This document shows, piece by piece, positions 47,678 through 60,550 of a DNA stretch of 64,000 nucleotides. Where the stretch lies: the NCBI GenBank assembly GCA_951406725.2, contig OX597815.1:24490001-24554000 (forward strand). Reading direction: 5' to 3'. The notes under the pieces were generated by a model. The model did no database searches, was not told where the DNA came from, and was given only the letters and a program-made list of their open reading frames with translations. Numbering within the stretch: position 1 is the first letter of the stretch; each line of letters begins with the position of its first letter. This DNA comes from Octopus vulgaris (taxonomy: Eukaryota). The position numbers were made by a program, and so were the translations under genes.

Positions 47678-48650
47678 TATATATATATATATATGGTTGT
47701 CATATTTTTATATAACACAACGGTTGGATAGGATGATGTCTATATTACAATAACCAACAATATATGTTGTACATGTATAGTCATATTACAATCATGAAAT
47801 TAGCATTAACTTATCTCACTCTTTCCCGCAGAACCCCTAGAAACCTTTTGCAGAATCCTAGGGTTCTGGGGAACCCCTGTTGAGAAAAGCTGGTCTAGTG
47901 TAATATTAGTCATAACTGTGTATGTAATTTGTAATACTGTCGTATAGAGTAGTAATGCATGTAGTCTACAGTTTAGTGCAATATAGACCATAATAGTGTG
48001 TTGTGGGTAAGACACCAAAGGCCCCAGTTTAAGAGTTAAGAAGTTTTGGGGGTAAATAGAGTCACTACTACTCCTAGGTTTACTCTGACCTAGGATGATA
48101 GTACCTGTCAAGGACCCCAGTTATGAGTCAAATTACAGAAGATAGCCCTGTGGCTAAGACATACAAAACTCAACCTGATAGGCTTCACACTTTAAATTTC
48201 CATCTCTACCTTTGTTTTTAAAATATTATCTGAGTTAATTAGGCCACTAGGTTATTACCCAGTTCTTTCAAACAACTCTTATTCTGGTCCCTAGACATGT
48301 GTCACATAAGCCCACTGGTGTGTAGACATGTTCTGATGTCACGTGAAGTAGTCCCTCTGTCTAAAGGTTAAATAGGCCCTGTACCTTAAGGGCAAGCTTG
48401 GCACAGCAGGAAGCCAAAAGAGTAAACAATAAATAAACAAGCAGAAATTAATGAGAAAATCATGAATTTCCAGACTTTGGCATAGAGGTCCATGATTACT
48501 GATAGTGATAGACATAATACCCGAAGAGACAGAATGTGTATACAAAGTGTAATGTCATGGGGTTAGTAGACTTAGTAATAGCAGTGCTATTTATAACAGT
48601 TGTATATGTGGTGCTATGTTAGTAGTAGTATGATAGTTTTGTTGTATAGC

Positions 48651-49130
48651 TTAACCCTTTTGTTACTGTATTTATTTTGAGATGCTCTGTGTTTCTTTCA
48701 ATTACTTCAAATATAACAGAGAATTTAGTAAAATAACTTAGTTATCATTAAGCTAGTGTTAGGAACATAAATTGTGACTAAGGTTTGGTAGAAGATTTTA
48801 ATTCAAAACTTATGAAAACAAGACATTTGTACTACAGAGCCAGAGCCAATTTCAGCTAGGCTGCTATCAAAAGGGTTAAGAATTGTTTCTCTATTATATA
48901 TTTTATCCCTTTCGTTACTGTATTTATTTTGAGATGTTCTGTGTTTCTTTTAATTACTTCAAATATAACTGAGAATTTAGTAAAATAACTTAGTTATCAT
49001 TAAGCTAGTGTTAGGAACATAAATTGTGACTAAGGTTTGATGGAAGATTTCAATTAAAAACTTCTGAAAACAAGACATTTGTACTCAGAGCCAGAGCCGG
49101 TTTCAGCTGGGTTGGTAACGAAAGGGTTAA
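48651..49130 (-). mobile_element. piggyBac-type MITE dimer
   Basis: Two units with the same spacer as the 30942 array; TTAA at both ends. Confidence 0.9.
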
Positions 49131-49506
49131 TTAGAAGCAGAAAGGCAGCACCAATTTTACAGATTCTTGAGATGGATGAATGGATGGAGAAAGAAAGGGA
49201 GCAAGAAACCATAATTCATACAACAGTATGAAGCAGTACCTCAAGATATTTAGTTGTCTTCAGTTCAGAAATCTGATCTGAATGCTTGCAACAGAGTGGC
49301 CTCAAGTAAATGCACCCAAAAGCCAGGTGACAGTGTTAAACTAAATGATTAATATTTTATATAACAACAAGATGTTGTCATGTATATTGAACAGCAACTA
49401 CAACTACTACCCCTTAGTAGTCTCTTTTGCCAAACCGCTAAGTTACAGGAACATAAACACACCAACATCAGTTGTCAAGCGATGGTGGGGGGACAAACAC
49501 ACAAAT

Positions 49507-49539
<33 letters not shown>

Positions 49540-49803
49540 CATATACAACGGGCTTCTTTCAGCTTCTGTCTACCAAATCCATTCACAACACTAAGTATTA
49601 CATTGTTTTAAAACCAAAACATTTAGTTCTGTATGAGAGCATTTCCAAAGACTGCATAATAAATATTTTTGTCTTATTTACTTTACATTTTTACCAGTAT
49701 AATTATCTATATTAGATGAGCTGATTAATTAATCATATTAATGAAAGATGAATAAAATTCATTTAGAAATTTATTTAAAAATATGAAGCAAATATATTAT
49801 TAC

Positions 49804-49976
49804 ATTTAAGGCTCCTAAAAGCCAGAGGGTTGGTGCTAAACCAACAGAGTAAATAAGTCGTAATATTGTTGAAACGATGAGGGTCCGAATACCTGCCGGT
49901 CGAGGAACCATTATGACTATGACTAAGGACGCAAACATGGCTGCCCACACTAATCCTGATAGGCGGGAATCCAGTT
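49804..49976 (-). CDS. ITPR: IP3 receptor exon, TM2-TM3 region ([14 protein letters not shown]...[23 protein letters not shown])
   Basis: cag / gtaat, 173 nt, phase 1/0. Confidence 0.95.
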
Positions 49977-50332
49977 CTGGAATAGAAGACATTATAGAAT
50001 TATAAAAAAAATATTCCCTGAAGGATGACAAATGCAACCATTTAACAACAATATTTAAATTCTGTTTGTTTTTCATGAACAGAAAGTTCCTACCTCCCAA
50101 ATAAACTCAGTCTGGTAGGCTTCATACTTTAAATTTCCATCTCTACCATTATATACCTTTGTTTTTAGAGTATTATCTGAGTTAATTAAGCCACTAGGTT
50201 ATTACCCAATTCTTTCAAACAACTCTTATTCTTAATTTTACTTAACTGATTTGAAAAGCATTTAAACATATATGATACATTATTTACATTATTAAAATTT
50301 GACGGATATTTGTCCTCATCTTGTTTGTTGTT

Positions 50333-50378
50333 AACACAACATTTCAGCTGATGTACCCTCCAGCCTTCTTCAGGTGTC
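50333..50378 (-). ncRNA. Second copy of the same hammerhead motif (slightly decayed)
   Basis: GACAC-CUGAAGA-AGGCUG..CAGCU-GAAA-UGUU-GUGUU on the - strand. Confidence 0.6.
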
Positions 50379-50433
50379 TTGGGGAAATTTCGAACCTTGG
50401 TTCTCATTCTTAAGGTATTTTTCGATGTTGTTG

Positions 50434-50470
<37 letters not shown>

Positions 50471-51011
50471 CATAATTATTGTTCGGGTCACTGCTTGGAA
50501 TGGAACTCAGAATCTTGGGGTTAGTAGCTCGCGTTCTTAACCACTACGCCATGTGCCCATATGCAGCATATCAGCCGAAACGTTGTGTTAACAACAAACA
50601 AGATGAAGACAAATATCCATCGAATGTAAATACTGTACATAATTCCTCATCTCTTTAATATAAAACTGTATTATATATGATACATATTTACATGTAGATG
50701 GACCAGTTTGATTTAAACTATTATTATTGCCATTATTTTTATATCCACATTTTCCATGCTGGCATTCACAACCATTAGTCAACCTGGTTTTTTGATAGAT
50801 GACACTTGCCCAAGGTGCCATGCTGTGAGAGAGGACTTGAAACTGCATGAATGCAAAGTGAACCTGTTAACCACACAGCCACACCTGCATCTCTGGCAAC
50901 GACTGAAAATTTAGCATATTTTTGAGAAGGAAATTAATGGAATAACTTTACTAAGTTAATGGAATAAAAATTAAGTTGTAACAGAAACGAAAATGTTTAA
51001 TGTGAACATAC

Positions 51012-51134
51012 CTTTTGTGGACTGTCCAAAAGGATAGAAAAAGGCAACTAACAAATTCATGAGAACAGCCAAATTAAATGAAATATTTCCCCATAGTAGC
51101 ATATGACTACTAAACCAGAAAAGTAAGGAATTAG
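51012..51134 (-). CDS. ITPR: IP3 receptor exon, TM1 region ([36 protein letters not shown])
   Basis: cag / gtatg, 123 nt, phase 1/1; [19 protein letters not shown] motif. Confidence 0.95.
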
Positions 51135-51319
51135 CTGAAATATACAAAAAAAACAGGTTAGAAAATATAATTTATATACATACGTAAATACAATATTAAC
51201 AGAAATGTGTAAATACTTCATAATTAGCCTTACAATTTATTAAACCAGTTGGTTGAATAGACCATTAGTCAAAATAAATTTTATAATAAATTTGATTCTG
51301 CTTTCAGTATTGAGTTTCC

Positions 51320-52077
51320 TCAACAATAATCTCAAAAAGTCTTCGTGTGAACGTGACCTGGGTGTTATTGTCGACAGCGATTTGCGTTGGACAAAACACA
51401 TCGCTAAAATTGCCAAGAAGGCTGAGGGTGTCTTGGCATCACTCACCAAGTCCTTTGTGAGCCCCTCTCCGGCAATCTATCTGTGGCTTTATATAGCTAT
51501 GTATGGTAAGACCTCACCTGGAATTTGCATCACTGGTCTGGAACCCCTATCTTGCCCAGGATATTAATCGTCTGGAAGCCGTTCAGCAACGTGCAACCAA
51601 AAGAATACCCTCCATCAGGCATTTGCCATATTCTGAATGCCTTACTTCCCTGGGCATGGACACATTGAAACTCTGACGTCTGGCAGCTGACTTGGCAGAC
51701 ACCCATAAAATTATTAACCATCTTACAAACAATAACTCTGAGCACCTTTTCAAACTCCACCTGTCTAACACCCTTGGACATGTTTGCAAAGTCAGAAAAC
51801 AGCACAGCTCCCATGACTTTCGGAAACATTTTTTCATGCTGAGAGTTGCTGAAGCATGGAACAAACTGCCAGCATCAGTTGGAGCACTGCATCCTTCAAA
51901 ACTTCCATGCTTTCTGAGATTCACCAACACTACACCTGATTTTCTCCCCTCCATACACACACAAGCATGTATATGACTGATACACTGTTCACTTTCCAGG
52001 CATTCGTACATTACTGCATATGCTTTATAAGCACTTTTGACAAGTTGTGGTGTACCTGAGCACTGTATACAATAATT

Positions 52078-52110
<33 letters not shown>
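51320..52110 (+). mobile_element. CR1-like LINE 3' fragment with (ATT)n tail
   Basis: ERDLGVIVDSDL.WTKHI, RPHLEFA..VWNPY, LEAVQQRATK, FFMLRVAEAWNKLP. Confidence 0.88.
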
Positions 52111-52112
<2 letters not shown>

Positions 52113-52355
52113 AATTTTTTGTTAGTATCAATCATTTCAATACTCTATGAAATACATATCAACATTTGATTCAGTATCAGTGTGGTCTCATATCTACTAA
52201 TCACTAAATATCATTGTGATTCTTGTTGCTTTATGCAGGTAGTACTTGAACAGATCAGCAATACAGCTCATTCCATAAGTCACGCATGCTACTTCTTCAC
52301 ACATGTCACCTAGTCACAATAATTTTCATGCCTTGGCTCTTAATTCCATCTACAC

Positions 52356-53704
52356 CAGTGGTTTCTAATGGATTTTTGGCCATGCCCCACCGAATCATTT
52401 CTAAAATCCTGATGCCCCCTTGTGATATTTAATTTTTGTTATTCAAAATTTGGTTAATGTTTACAATATTACCCAGAAACAAAGTAAAAAAAAAAAATAG
52501 TGGAACAGATGAAAAAAAATGCATGGAGAGCAACAGGGGTGGGTGGGGAGAGGACTTTAGAAAATTCACAAGATCCAAGTTTTCCCTCATAACTTTTTGG
52601 AAAATGTTTTTTTTAAATGAAATTTTATATAAATACCTTTCAACTGGCATGGATTATGATTATAAAGAAATTTGTGGGAAAATCTTTTTTGAGGGAGTGG
52701 GGAGAGGACTTTGGAAAATTCCTTATCATGGATAGTGGGTATAAATCCCAATTTTAAGTATTCCTCTGAATATTGATGAACTTTTTTTACTCGTATTATT
52801 CATTTTATGTATTTTTGAATCAAACATGAAGAGATTTCAGTTCAAGCAAGTTTTTTCAAAAAGATTTCAGCATAAACTTTTGGAAAATATGCTAAAAAAA
52901 AAACAAAAAATATTCCGTGAATCTTCTCAGCTGCAAAAATCTTTGTATCAATGATGGAAGTCTTTACCTTTTTGCTGAATTTACAAACTGACTGGTGAGA
53001 ACAAAATGACCTGTTAATTTTCATCTCTGTTCATATATATACACGTGTGTGTGTGTGTGTGTGTGTATGTGTGCATTACCTGTACCATAAATCTCTCTCT
53101 CTATCAGTCTGTCTGTCTCTCTCTTTGCCTCTTTCTCTTCCTTCACTGACACTACTCCTTACTTCCATTCCACCTCAACCCATTTCACACCATTCAATTC
53201 TTTCATCCCTCATCCCCAACGGCATTTATTGCCCCCTCAACACTCTGCAGCACCACATTTTTCTTGTGTACCCAGATTTTTGTTGCCAGAGATAAAAGAG
53301 TCAATACTTTTAGACACACCCACACACATAAGTCTGTCACCAGTTTATTTCTCCATAGGGAATTAAGATGGCATTGCTTTCAGTACTGACCAGTTCTATA
53401 CTACATACACACATGCACACACACATGCATTTGTAATTACCTACATGTTCTCACATACCACTAAATTGAAGGAAATAATCTATTCCCTCTTTAGTGACAT
53501 CAGATCTTATGAATATGATGAAAATGACCTGTAAAGTGTCCAAAATTTGATAAAATTGTCCACGGAAAGGATGTAAAGATTTCTTTTTTAATAATTCATT
53601 GGTATACTAAACATTGTGTACAAAAGGTAATAAATTCAACATACCTCACCGAAATATTACCATGCCCCACCGGTGGGGAATGTGCCCCCTATTGGGAATC
53701 ACAG
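52356..53704. mobile_element. hAT-type non-autonomous element
   Basis: Degenerate TIRs CAGTGGTTTCTAA / TTGGGAATCACAG; 8-bp TSD ATCTACAC (52348-52355 / 53705-53712). Confidence 0.8.
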
Positions 53705-54251
53705 ATCTACACTATAATGTTTCCCTAAAGGTAAAATTAAATATCCTGCAGATAATTCGCAGTTCATTCTGCTAGGGTCATTGTATATCCTCAATATATT
53801 AACCACTTATGTTTCACTAGCATACACTATCATATTTCTTATATTTTGACTTTATTTCTTATAGCCTGCATTTCATACAGACTGAAACACAAGCGTTGAA
53901 GACACCTACCAATCCACATAATTTGATATCAACTGATGTTATTATATTCATGACATTTCAATGGCAATAACACAGTCATCATCATCGTTTAACGTCTGTT
54001 TTCCATGCTAGCATGGGTTGGACGATTTTGACCAAGGGCTGGCGAACCAGATGGCTGCACCAGGCTCCAATCTTGATCTGGCAGAGTTTCTACAGCTGAA
54101 TGCCCTTCCTAACGCCAACCACTCCGAGAGTGTAGTAGGTGCTTTTTACGTGCCACCGGCACGGGAGCCAGTCAGGCGGTACTGGCAATGACGTCGCTCA
54201 AATCTTTTTACACGTGCCACCGGCACAGGTGTCAGTGAAGCGACATTGGTA

Positions 54252-54351
54252 ATTTGAACCCACGCCCACATTCGTGGACTAGAATACTCTTCATTCTGGT
54301 TAAGGTAACACACCTTGAGTCTGGTGCCTTAGAGCGCTCGGCCATCCTGTC
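54252..54351 (-). pseudogene. Intron-containing tRNA-Leu(CAA) pseudogene, 3' end truncated
   Basis: - strand GACAGGATGGCCGAGCGCTCTAAGGCACCAGACT-CAA-G + 29-nt intron (54285-54313) + TTCTAGTCCACGAATGTGGGCGTGGGTTCAAAT. The 3' acceptor strand is missing where a SINE abuts. Confidence 0.85.
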
Positions 54352-54532
54352 AGCTAAAGTCATCTATTTATTTACCGATAAGTAATTTAGCATGAAGTGG
54401 CATCATCTCAGCTCTCAACTAATGTACAATTTCATATTAACTGGTGATATTAAGTATTTTAACATTAACTAAGTTAGTTGTAAGTTGAATAAAGAAAAAA
54501 AGAAATATATAAATGAATAACAAAGACTATAC

Positions 54533-54725
54533 CACGAAGTTGTTTTTGCCACTTCATTTCAGCAAACATATCTTCATGTCGCTCAAAGAAATCAGCTACT
54601 TTGCTCCCTTGATCATCTCGCTCTGCAGTATAATAGACTTTGTTTTTAGTTTCATCTGTTAAATATTCACATATCTCTGGGATCGGAAAAACTATTCTTT
54701 CTAATGTTCTGTCATTTCGCACAAT
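54533..54725 (-). CDS. ITPR: IP3 receptor exon ([23 protein letters not shown]...EMKWQKQLR)
   Basis: tag / gtata, 193 nt, phase 0/1; highly conserved ITPR segment including [13 protein letters not shown]. Confidence 0.97.
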
Positions 54726-55308
54726 CTATAATAAAATAAAAACAAAAATAAAACATATAAGGTACAATTATTTTGAACGTTAGAGATCAGGTTTCTAAAA
54801 TCTTAACTGGTTTCCAATCATTTTAATTGAGAGCAAAAATTTTTGCTGCATCTTATGTTCCATCAAAGAATGGAGTACATAAAGTGTTATTAAGTGTAGC
54901 TGTGTGGTAAGAATCTTGCTTTCCAACTACATAATTGCAGGTTCAGTCCCACTGTGTGGCACCTTGGGTAAATGTCTTCTACTATAGCTGTCGGCCAACC
55001 AGAGCCTTGTGAGTGGATTTGGTATGTAGAAACTGAAAGAAGCCTATCATATATATATATATGGAATGGCAGAAACAGGGACAACTGAAGAAGGGGAATA
55101 TTCCTTGTATTGTATGTCTTGTACTCTGTTTTTTCATTGTTTGAAAAAAAGTCCGTTTCTATGTTTTTGTTTTCATGTTTTCGTTTCTCATTGTGTTCAA
55201 TGTTTTTTTGGTGTCCTGTACCCATATATGCATGTATATATACATATAGATGTAGGTATTTACATATATGTATGTATATATGCATATGTTTATATATTAT
55301 TTTATTAT

Positions 55309-55347
<39 letters not shown>

Positions 55348-56472
55348 TATGTGTGTGTGTATGTGTCTATGTATGTGTTTGTCTCCCACCACTGCTTGAC
55401 AACTGGTGTTGGTGTGTTTATGTCCCCATCACTTAGCGGTTTGGCAAAAGAGACCAATAGAATAAGTACCAGACTTAAAAAAAAGAATAAGTCCTGGGGT
55501 TGATAATCTGACTGCATGGGTGTAGTCTAATGAGTGAAACAAGTAAGAGATAAAATGTATACGAATTAACATTATTAAAAATTAAGGAGACCCAATTGCT
55601 TATGTAAAATACACATGTATGCGTATGGAAGATATTTGGTTAAGATACAAACAATATTTATAATTCAGTATCGTAGGATAAAGCCTAATGCTTAATTTGT
55701 AGCTTTTGACTGATTAGAAAGATGTGCATATGCATGTACACATACAAACATCAGTAAAGAAATGTCTATGTGGTTACTTAACCCAAGAGAAATAGCAACC
55801 AAATCTTCCTCAAACCGTACCATGTTTTAAAAATGGATATATTAGATAAAGTAGTTGGGGCACATTATTCCTGAAAATATCAAATGGGATAGATATCCTA
55901 GATTAGAGGTCGATTTGATGAAATCCAATCTAGTTAAATAACTTCATCATTATCATTTAACGTCTGTTTTCCATGCTGGCATGGGTTGGCATGGCCCGAT
56001 GGGAATTGGCCATCTGAAGAGCTGCCCAGGCGCCATGTCTGTTTTGGCATGGTTTTTACAGCTGGAAGCCCTTCCTAATGCTAAACACTTTACAGAGTAT
56101 AGCAGGTGCTTTTACACAGCACTGGAATGGGTGTTTTTTTGTGACACTGGTACAGGAGCTTTTTATGTGGCATCATCACCAACAATCCTACAAGATAAGG
56201 AAAGCTCAAGAGGGATGCAGGGGACATGTCTTTATTCAAGGACAACCACGAGTTTACTTTGCTTGACATGTCTTCTCAAGCACAGCAAACCACCAGAAGT
56301 CTCAGTCCCCTGTCATAATCTCTGTGAGGCCCAATGTCAGAAGAATCTTTCTCACCACTTCATCCCACGTCTTCCTGGGTCTACCCCTTCCACATGTTCT
56401 CTCCACTGTTAGTGATCTGCACCCCTTCATGCAATTGCCTTCATTCATAATATAATTTACAAGCCTACTTAC

Positions 56473-56580
56473 CTCAATTTGGGCTGTATGTTTAGCATAA
56501 AAATCTAGGGCTTGATCTCCATAGATATCTTTACCAGTTGGTTTCAGCAGACTTGCCAGTTCTTTGTTATGTTGGGAAAG
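56473..56580 (-). CDS. ITPR: IP3 receptor exon ([14 protein letters not shown]...[13 protein letters not shown])
   Basis: ttttcag / gtaagt, 108 nt; conserved HNKEL and [12 protein letters not shown]. Confidence 0.95.
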
Positions 56581-56930
56581 CTGAAAAAGTGAAAGTATAT
56601 TTATTATTTAATATCACAACATCAAATCTCTACTGCATCATTATAATTTCATCTGTTTTTTTTTCTCATCAACCACACCACATCATTGACTGGGTACTAA
56701 AATTCTCCTCTACCTTGTATAATCTAAATTATCAGAAGGGAACCATTGTTAAGGATGTCATGTCAAAGGGACAGTAAGTTATCAGTGGTAAGCTGTCTCC
56801 AAGGCACTAAGTTTCACAACTGAGAACTTATCCTATTGTCCATGCTGACTGAGACTACATTGCCAGAAGAGGTGGACAAACAGCATAAGCAAGCCAACTT
56901 GGCAGCTGTATAGAGTCAACTCTCATCTGA

Positions 56931-57158
56931 TTAACCCTTTAGTGTTTAAACCGGCCATATCCATCCAAAATATTCTACCTATTTTATGTTCAAACTAGTC
57001 AGATATGGTCATTCATAGCTACCTTATTGTGTCATTTTAAAAATAAACAATCACATCATTGAAATCTCAAAGCCATGAAATGATGCAAGATTAATTTTAC
57101 ACGGTGTGAATACATAAGCTTTACATTTGACAGAATAATCTGAATGCTAAAGGGTTAA
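56931..57158. mobile_element. Second piggyBac-type MITE family
   Basis: TTAA|CCCTTTAG ... CTAAAGGG|TTAA; a partial terminus also at ~35324-35375. Confidence 0.8.
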
Positions 57159-57248
57159 ATTATAAATAAGGTGACATGATGACAATGAGAATAGAGAAAG
57201 CATTGAGAGAGAGCGAGAGAAAGAGAGAGAACATGAAAATAAAATAAC

Positions 57249-57380
57249 CTGATGGGCTAAAATGAATATGTTGTGTCCGACAGCTTTTGGCGAAACTTGC
57301 CCATCTCTGTGCTCCTCTTCATCATCAGCATCGCAATCAATAACATCTTCTGAATGAAAGGTTTCTTTTGCAACTTTTAC
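57249..57380 (-). CDS. ITPR: IP3 receptor exon (VKVAKETF...VSPKAVGHNIFILAHQ)
   Basis: tag acceptor, gttat donor, 132 nt, phase 0/0; conserved SP..VGHNI.ILAHQ motif. Upstream exons lie beyond the window. Confidence 0.93.
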
Positions 57381-58350
57381 CTATGAAAAGCAGAACAAAC
57401 ATCGTTTTAATCAGTTTTTGTATGATTGAAGAATTTTGTTTTTTATAGAATTATTAGTGAACCTTACAACATAGTAGTTCCTTTCTGTTTAATACTGGTT
57501 TCTTTTGCCGAGAATCAAGGTCAATATATTTGTAGATGAGCAGTAAAATCAATTTATCAATTTACTCAAACTCCATATGCAATGATTCTTTGGAGATAAC
57601 AGTTAAAAAAGAATTTATAATAAGTGATCAAAGAACAGTAGGATTTCCAAACAAAATAGGAAAACACCAAACTGAATACATTGACCTATCTTCGTTATCT
57701 CTTTACATTTGATATTTCAATTATTAGGTGTTCAGAAATATGCTCTGTCATTAAGGAAAATGTTTTCAGCATGTTTCAAACTGTGTATTTTTCTCTGCAA
57801 GTTAATATGTATTGAATGATTTTATGCATTGAAACAATTGTTAAATAAATTCAATAAGATTATTTACAGATAATCAAGACCTTGTGACTTCTCTGTTCTC
57901 ATGCCTCAAATTAATTCCATCCCTGTTATATGAGAAGATTTAATCTCAAAGCTGGCGACTACTAAATTGCTCTTTAGTTCTTTATTAGTTCAGTGTTCTG
58001 CTGTCAAGCAGCTCTTCGTCCTTAATTTATTTGTTCTGTCAGGTAAATGTGGCCAGAAATTTCATTGTCTTGCTCTTTGTATAACAGTGTAATAATGGAA
58101 TACAAACTCATTTCTTCAACCAAGAGGCTGGTATTCAGCTGATATTTTCCTTGTTTGTGATGCTGTATAAATGGAGCACATATTTTAATCAAAGTTTCCT
58201 GATCAATGTATATTAACATACCTTGCTTGATGGAAAGAATACTAATGCCTGGGCTTGAACTCATGATCCAACTCTCAATCCATCAATACATAAAGTTTAC
58301 TTAAATATTTAATTAAATTCTTTGTAATACATAATATTCTGATTGTCTTC

Positions 58351-58730
58351 GTGGAGGCGCAATGGCCCAGTGGTTAGGGCAGCGGACTCGCGGTCATAAG
58401 ATCGCGGTTTCGATTCCCAGACCGGGCGTTGTGAGTGTTTATTGAGCGAAAACACCTAAAGCTCCACGAGGCTCTGGCAGGGGATGGTGGTGATCCCTGC
58501 TGTACTCATTCACCACAACTTTCTCTCACTCTTACTTCCTGTTTCTGTTGTACCTGTATTTCAAAGGGCTGGCCTTGTCACTTTCTGTGTCACGCTGAAT
58601 ATCCCCGAGAACTACATTAAGGGTACATGTGTCTGTGGAGTACTCAGCCACTTACACGTTAATTTCACGAGCAGGCTGTTCCGTTGATTCGGATCAATCG
58701 GAACCCTCGTCGTCGTAACCGACGGAGTGC
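58351..58730 (+). mobile_element. tRNA-derived SINE family D (GGAGGCGCAATGGCCCAGTGGTTAGG head)
   Basis: A box TGGCCCAGTGG, B box GTTTCGATTCC. Related copies at 17460-17770(-), 19903-20210, 25870-26450, 26630-26925, 26970-27430(-). Confidence 0.8.
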
Positions 58731-59176
58731 TTCCATCCATTCTGATTGTCTTGCTTTGAGGACATTAAACATTAATATGTTAAAGAAACAGTGCCTCTTC
58801 AAATTTATAACCTACGGACAAAATAGTAGCACTAAAATAATGCTTACTAAAATATGTTTAAAGTTTTCTACTTGGCCTTATGTATTTTCTGAAAACAAAA
58901 ATGCTACTTGGCAAAGAAAGAAATCAATGACTGAATACAGTGTACAGAGTCAGCAGTTAAGATTTTTATCCAGTAAAAATCCATGCCTGATCAAATTGCA
59001 AATTAGTTTTAAACCTATTTCTCTTCTTATTCATTAGTATCATTGTATAATTATAACTGGATAATTATCATGGGTGTTTCCACCAAACTTCTGCTAGATA
59101 CAGCACGCCAAGTTTGATTATATGGGTATAGTATAACATTTTAATCCATAAAGATATTTAAGGATTTCCTTGCACA

Positions 59177-59437
59177 TTAGCCCTTTCGTTACCAACCCGG
59201 CTGAAACTGGCTGAAACCAGCATCACAAACAAGGAAAATATCAGCTGAATACCAGCCTCTATAAATTCTTGTTTCCATAAGTTTTGAATTAAAATCTTCC
59301 ACCAAACCTTAGTCACAATTTATGTTCCTAGCACTAGCTTAATAATAACCAAGTTATTTTACTAAATTCTTTGTTGTATTTAAAGTAATTGAAAGAAACA
59401 CAGCATCTCAAAATAAATACGGTAATGAAAGGGTTAA
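59177..59437 (+). mobile_element. piggyBac-type MITE with a 43-bp foreign insert
   Basis: (TTAG)CCCTTTCGTTACC...GAAAGGGTTAA. Confidence 0.85.
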
Positions 59438-60295
59438 AGTATTTCACACTTAAGAGCATTCCTTAGTAAGTGCAATAAGGAGACATATACATGAAGATAA
59501 CTGAAAGATAAACTAGTTGAAATGTTGTATACAAACAGTAGGTTATTGATATCAACATTTCTCAAACATTTAGAAATAAAATCCATATCTGGAAAAATTA
59601 AAATGAAATGTGATATACATAAGAATACTATTTTAGATATATTTTAAAACATTTGCAGTATGAATTTTATTAAGCAAAACAGTAAATAAGACGATAAGAA
59701 AATTGTAGTTAAGGAATCTTAAGATATGATCAGGATATATTAAAGAATGCCATTGACAAATGATGTATATAAAATTCATGTTAAAATATTTTACTGACCA
59801 AACAAAAACATATTTATCACAACAAAATGAATTTAGCAATTTTATCAAAACATTGGTGAAATAAACAAACAAGAAAACAAAAAATATACTAATCAAACAT
59901 TTAGCAACAAAAATATTATTTCAGCAAAGTATAAAATCCAAAAGTTTTGTGGCAGTATATTTAGTTGGATTGATCCCCAAATATTACTTGTATATTTTAC
60001 TAACTGTGGTGAGTTGAAGGGCAGAACTGATTCTTGTAGAATTTGAAACTATGACTGAGATGGGACAAAATGCAATAAACTACTTAGCGATACCTTTCTG
60101 TTATAAAACAAAAGAGGGGAGAAACACCGCTTACAATGTCTGCACAATCCAGACTCATGTGACTGATGTTCTGTTTGATTTTTATAAGTTGATCTCTGGA
60201 TGGAAAATGTGTGAAAACATTTGAGAAGATGGTAGCTTTGGGGAGGAATGACTTTACAGTGTTTAATGCAGGATTTGGATATTACAAAGAGAATC

Positions 60296-60550
60296 GTTGC
60301 CTTACTGGCACCTGTGCCAGTGGCATGTGTAAAAAGATTTGAGCAAGGTCATTGCCAGTACTGCCTGACTGGCCCCCATGCCGGTGGCACGTAGAAAGCA
60401 CCCACTACACTCTCGGAGTAGTTGGTGTTAGGAAGGGCATCCAGCTGTAGAAACTCGGCCAGATCAAGATTGGAGCCTGGTGCAGCCCTCAGTCAAAATC
60501 GACCAACCCATGCTAGCATGGAAAGCGGATGTTAAACGATGATGATGATG
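60296..60550 (+). mobile_element. SINE family A copy flanked by a 101-bp direct repeat
   Basis: 60195-60295 is repeated at 60551-60651. Confidence 0.9.

Larger units (their letters stand above)
47129..47892. mobile_element. hAT-type non-autonomous element with nested repeats
   Basis: TIRs CAGTGTTTCTCAAC / GTTGAGAAAAGCTG; 8-bp TSD GTCTAGTG (47121-47128 / 47893-47900). Confidence 0.88.

Noticed and set aside
58351-58430. tRNA genes at SINE heads (also 19905, 24372, 7008)
   Set aside because: A/B boxes are present but there is no complete cloverleaf, and the sequence continues into repeated SINE bodies.
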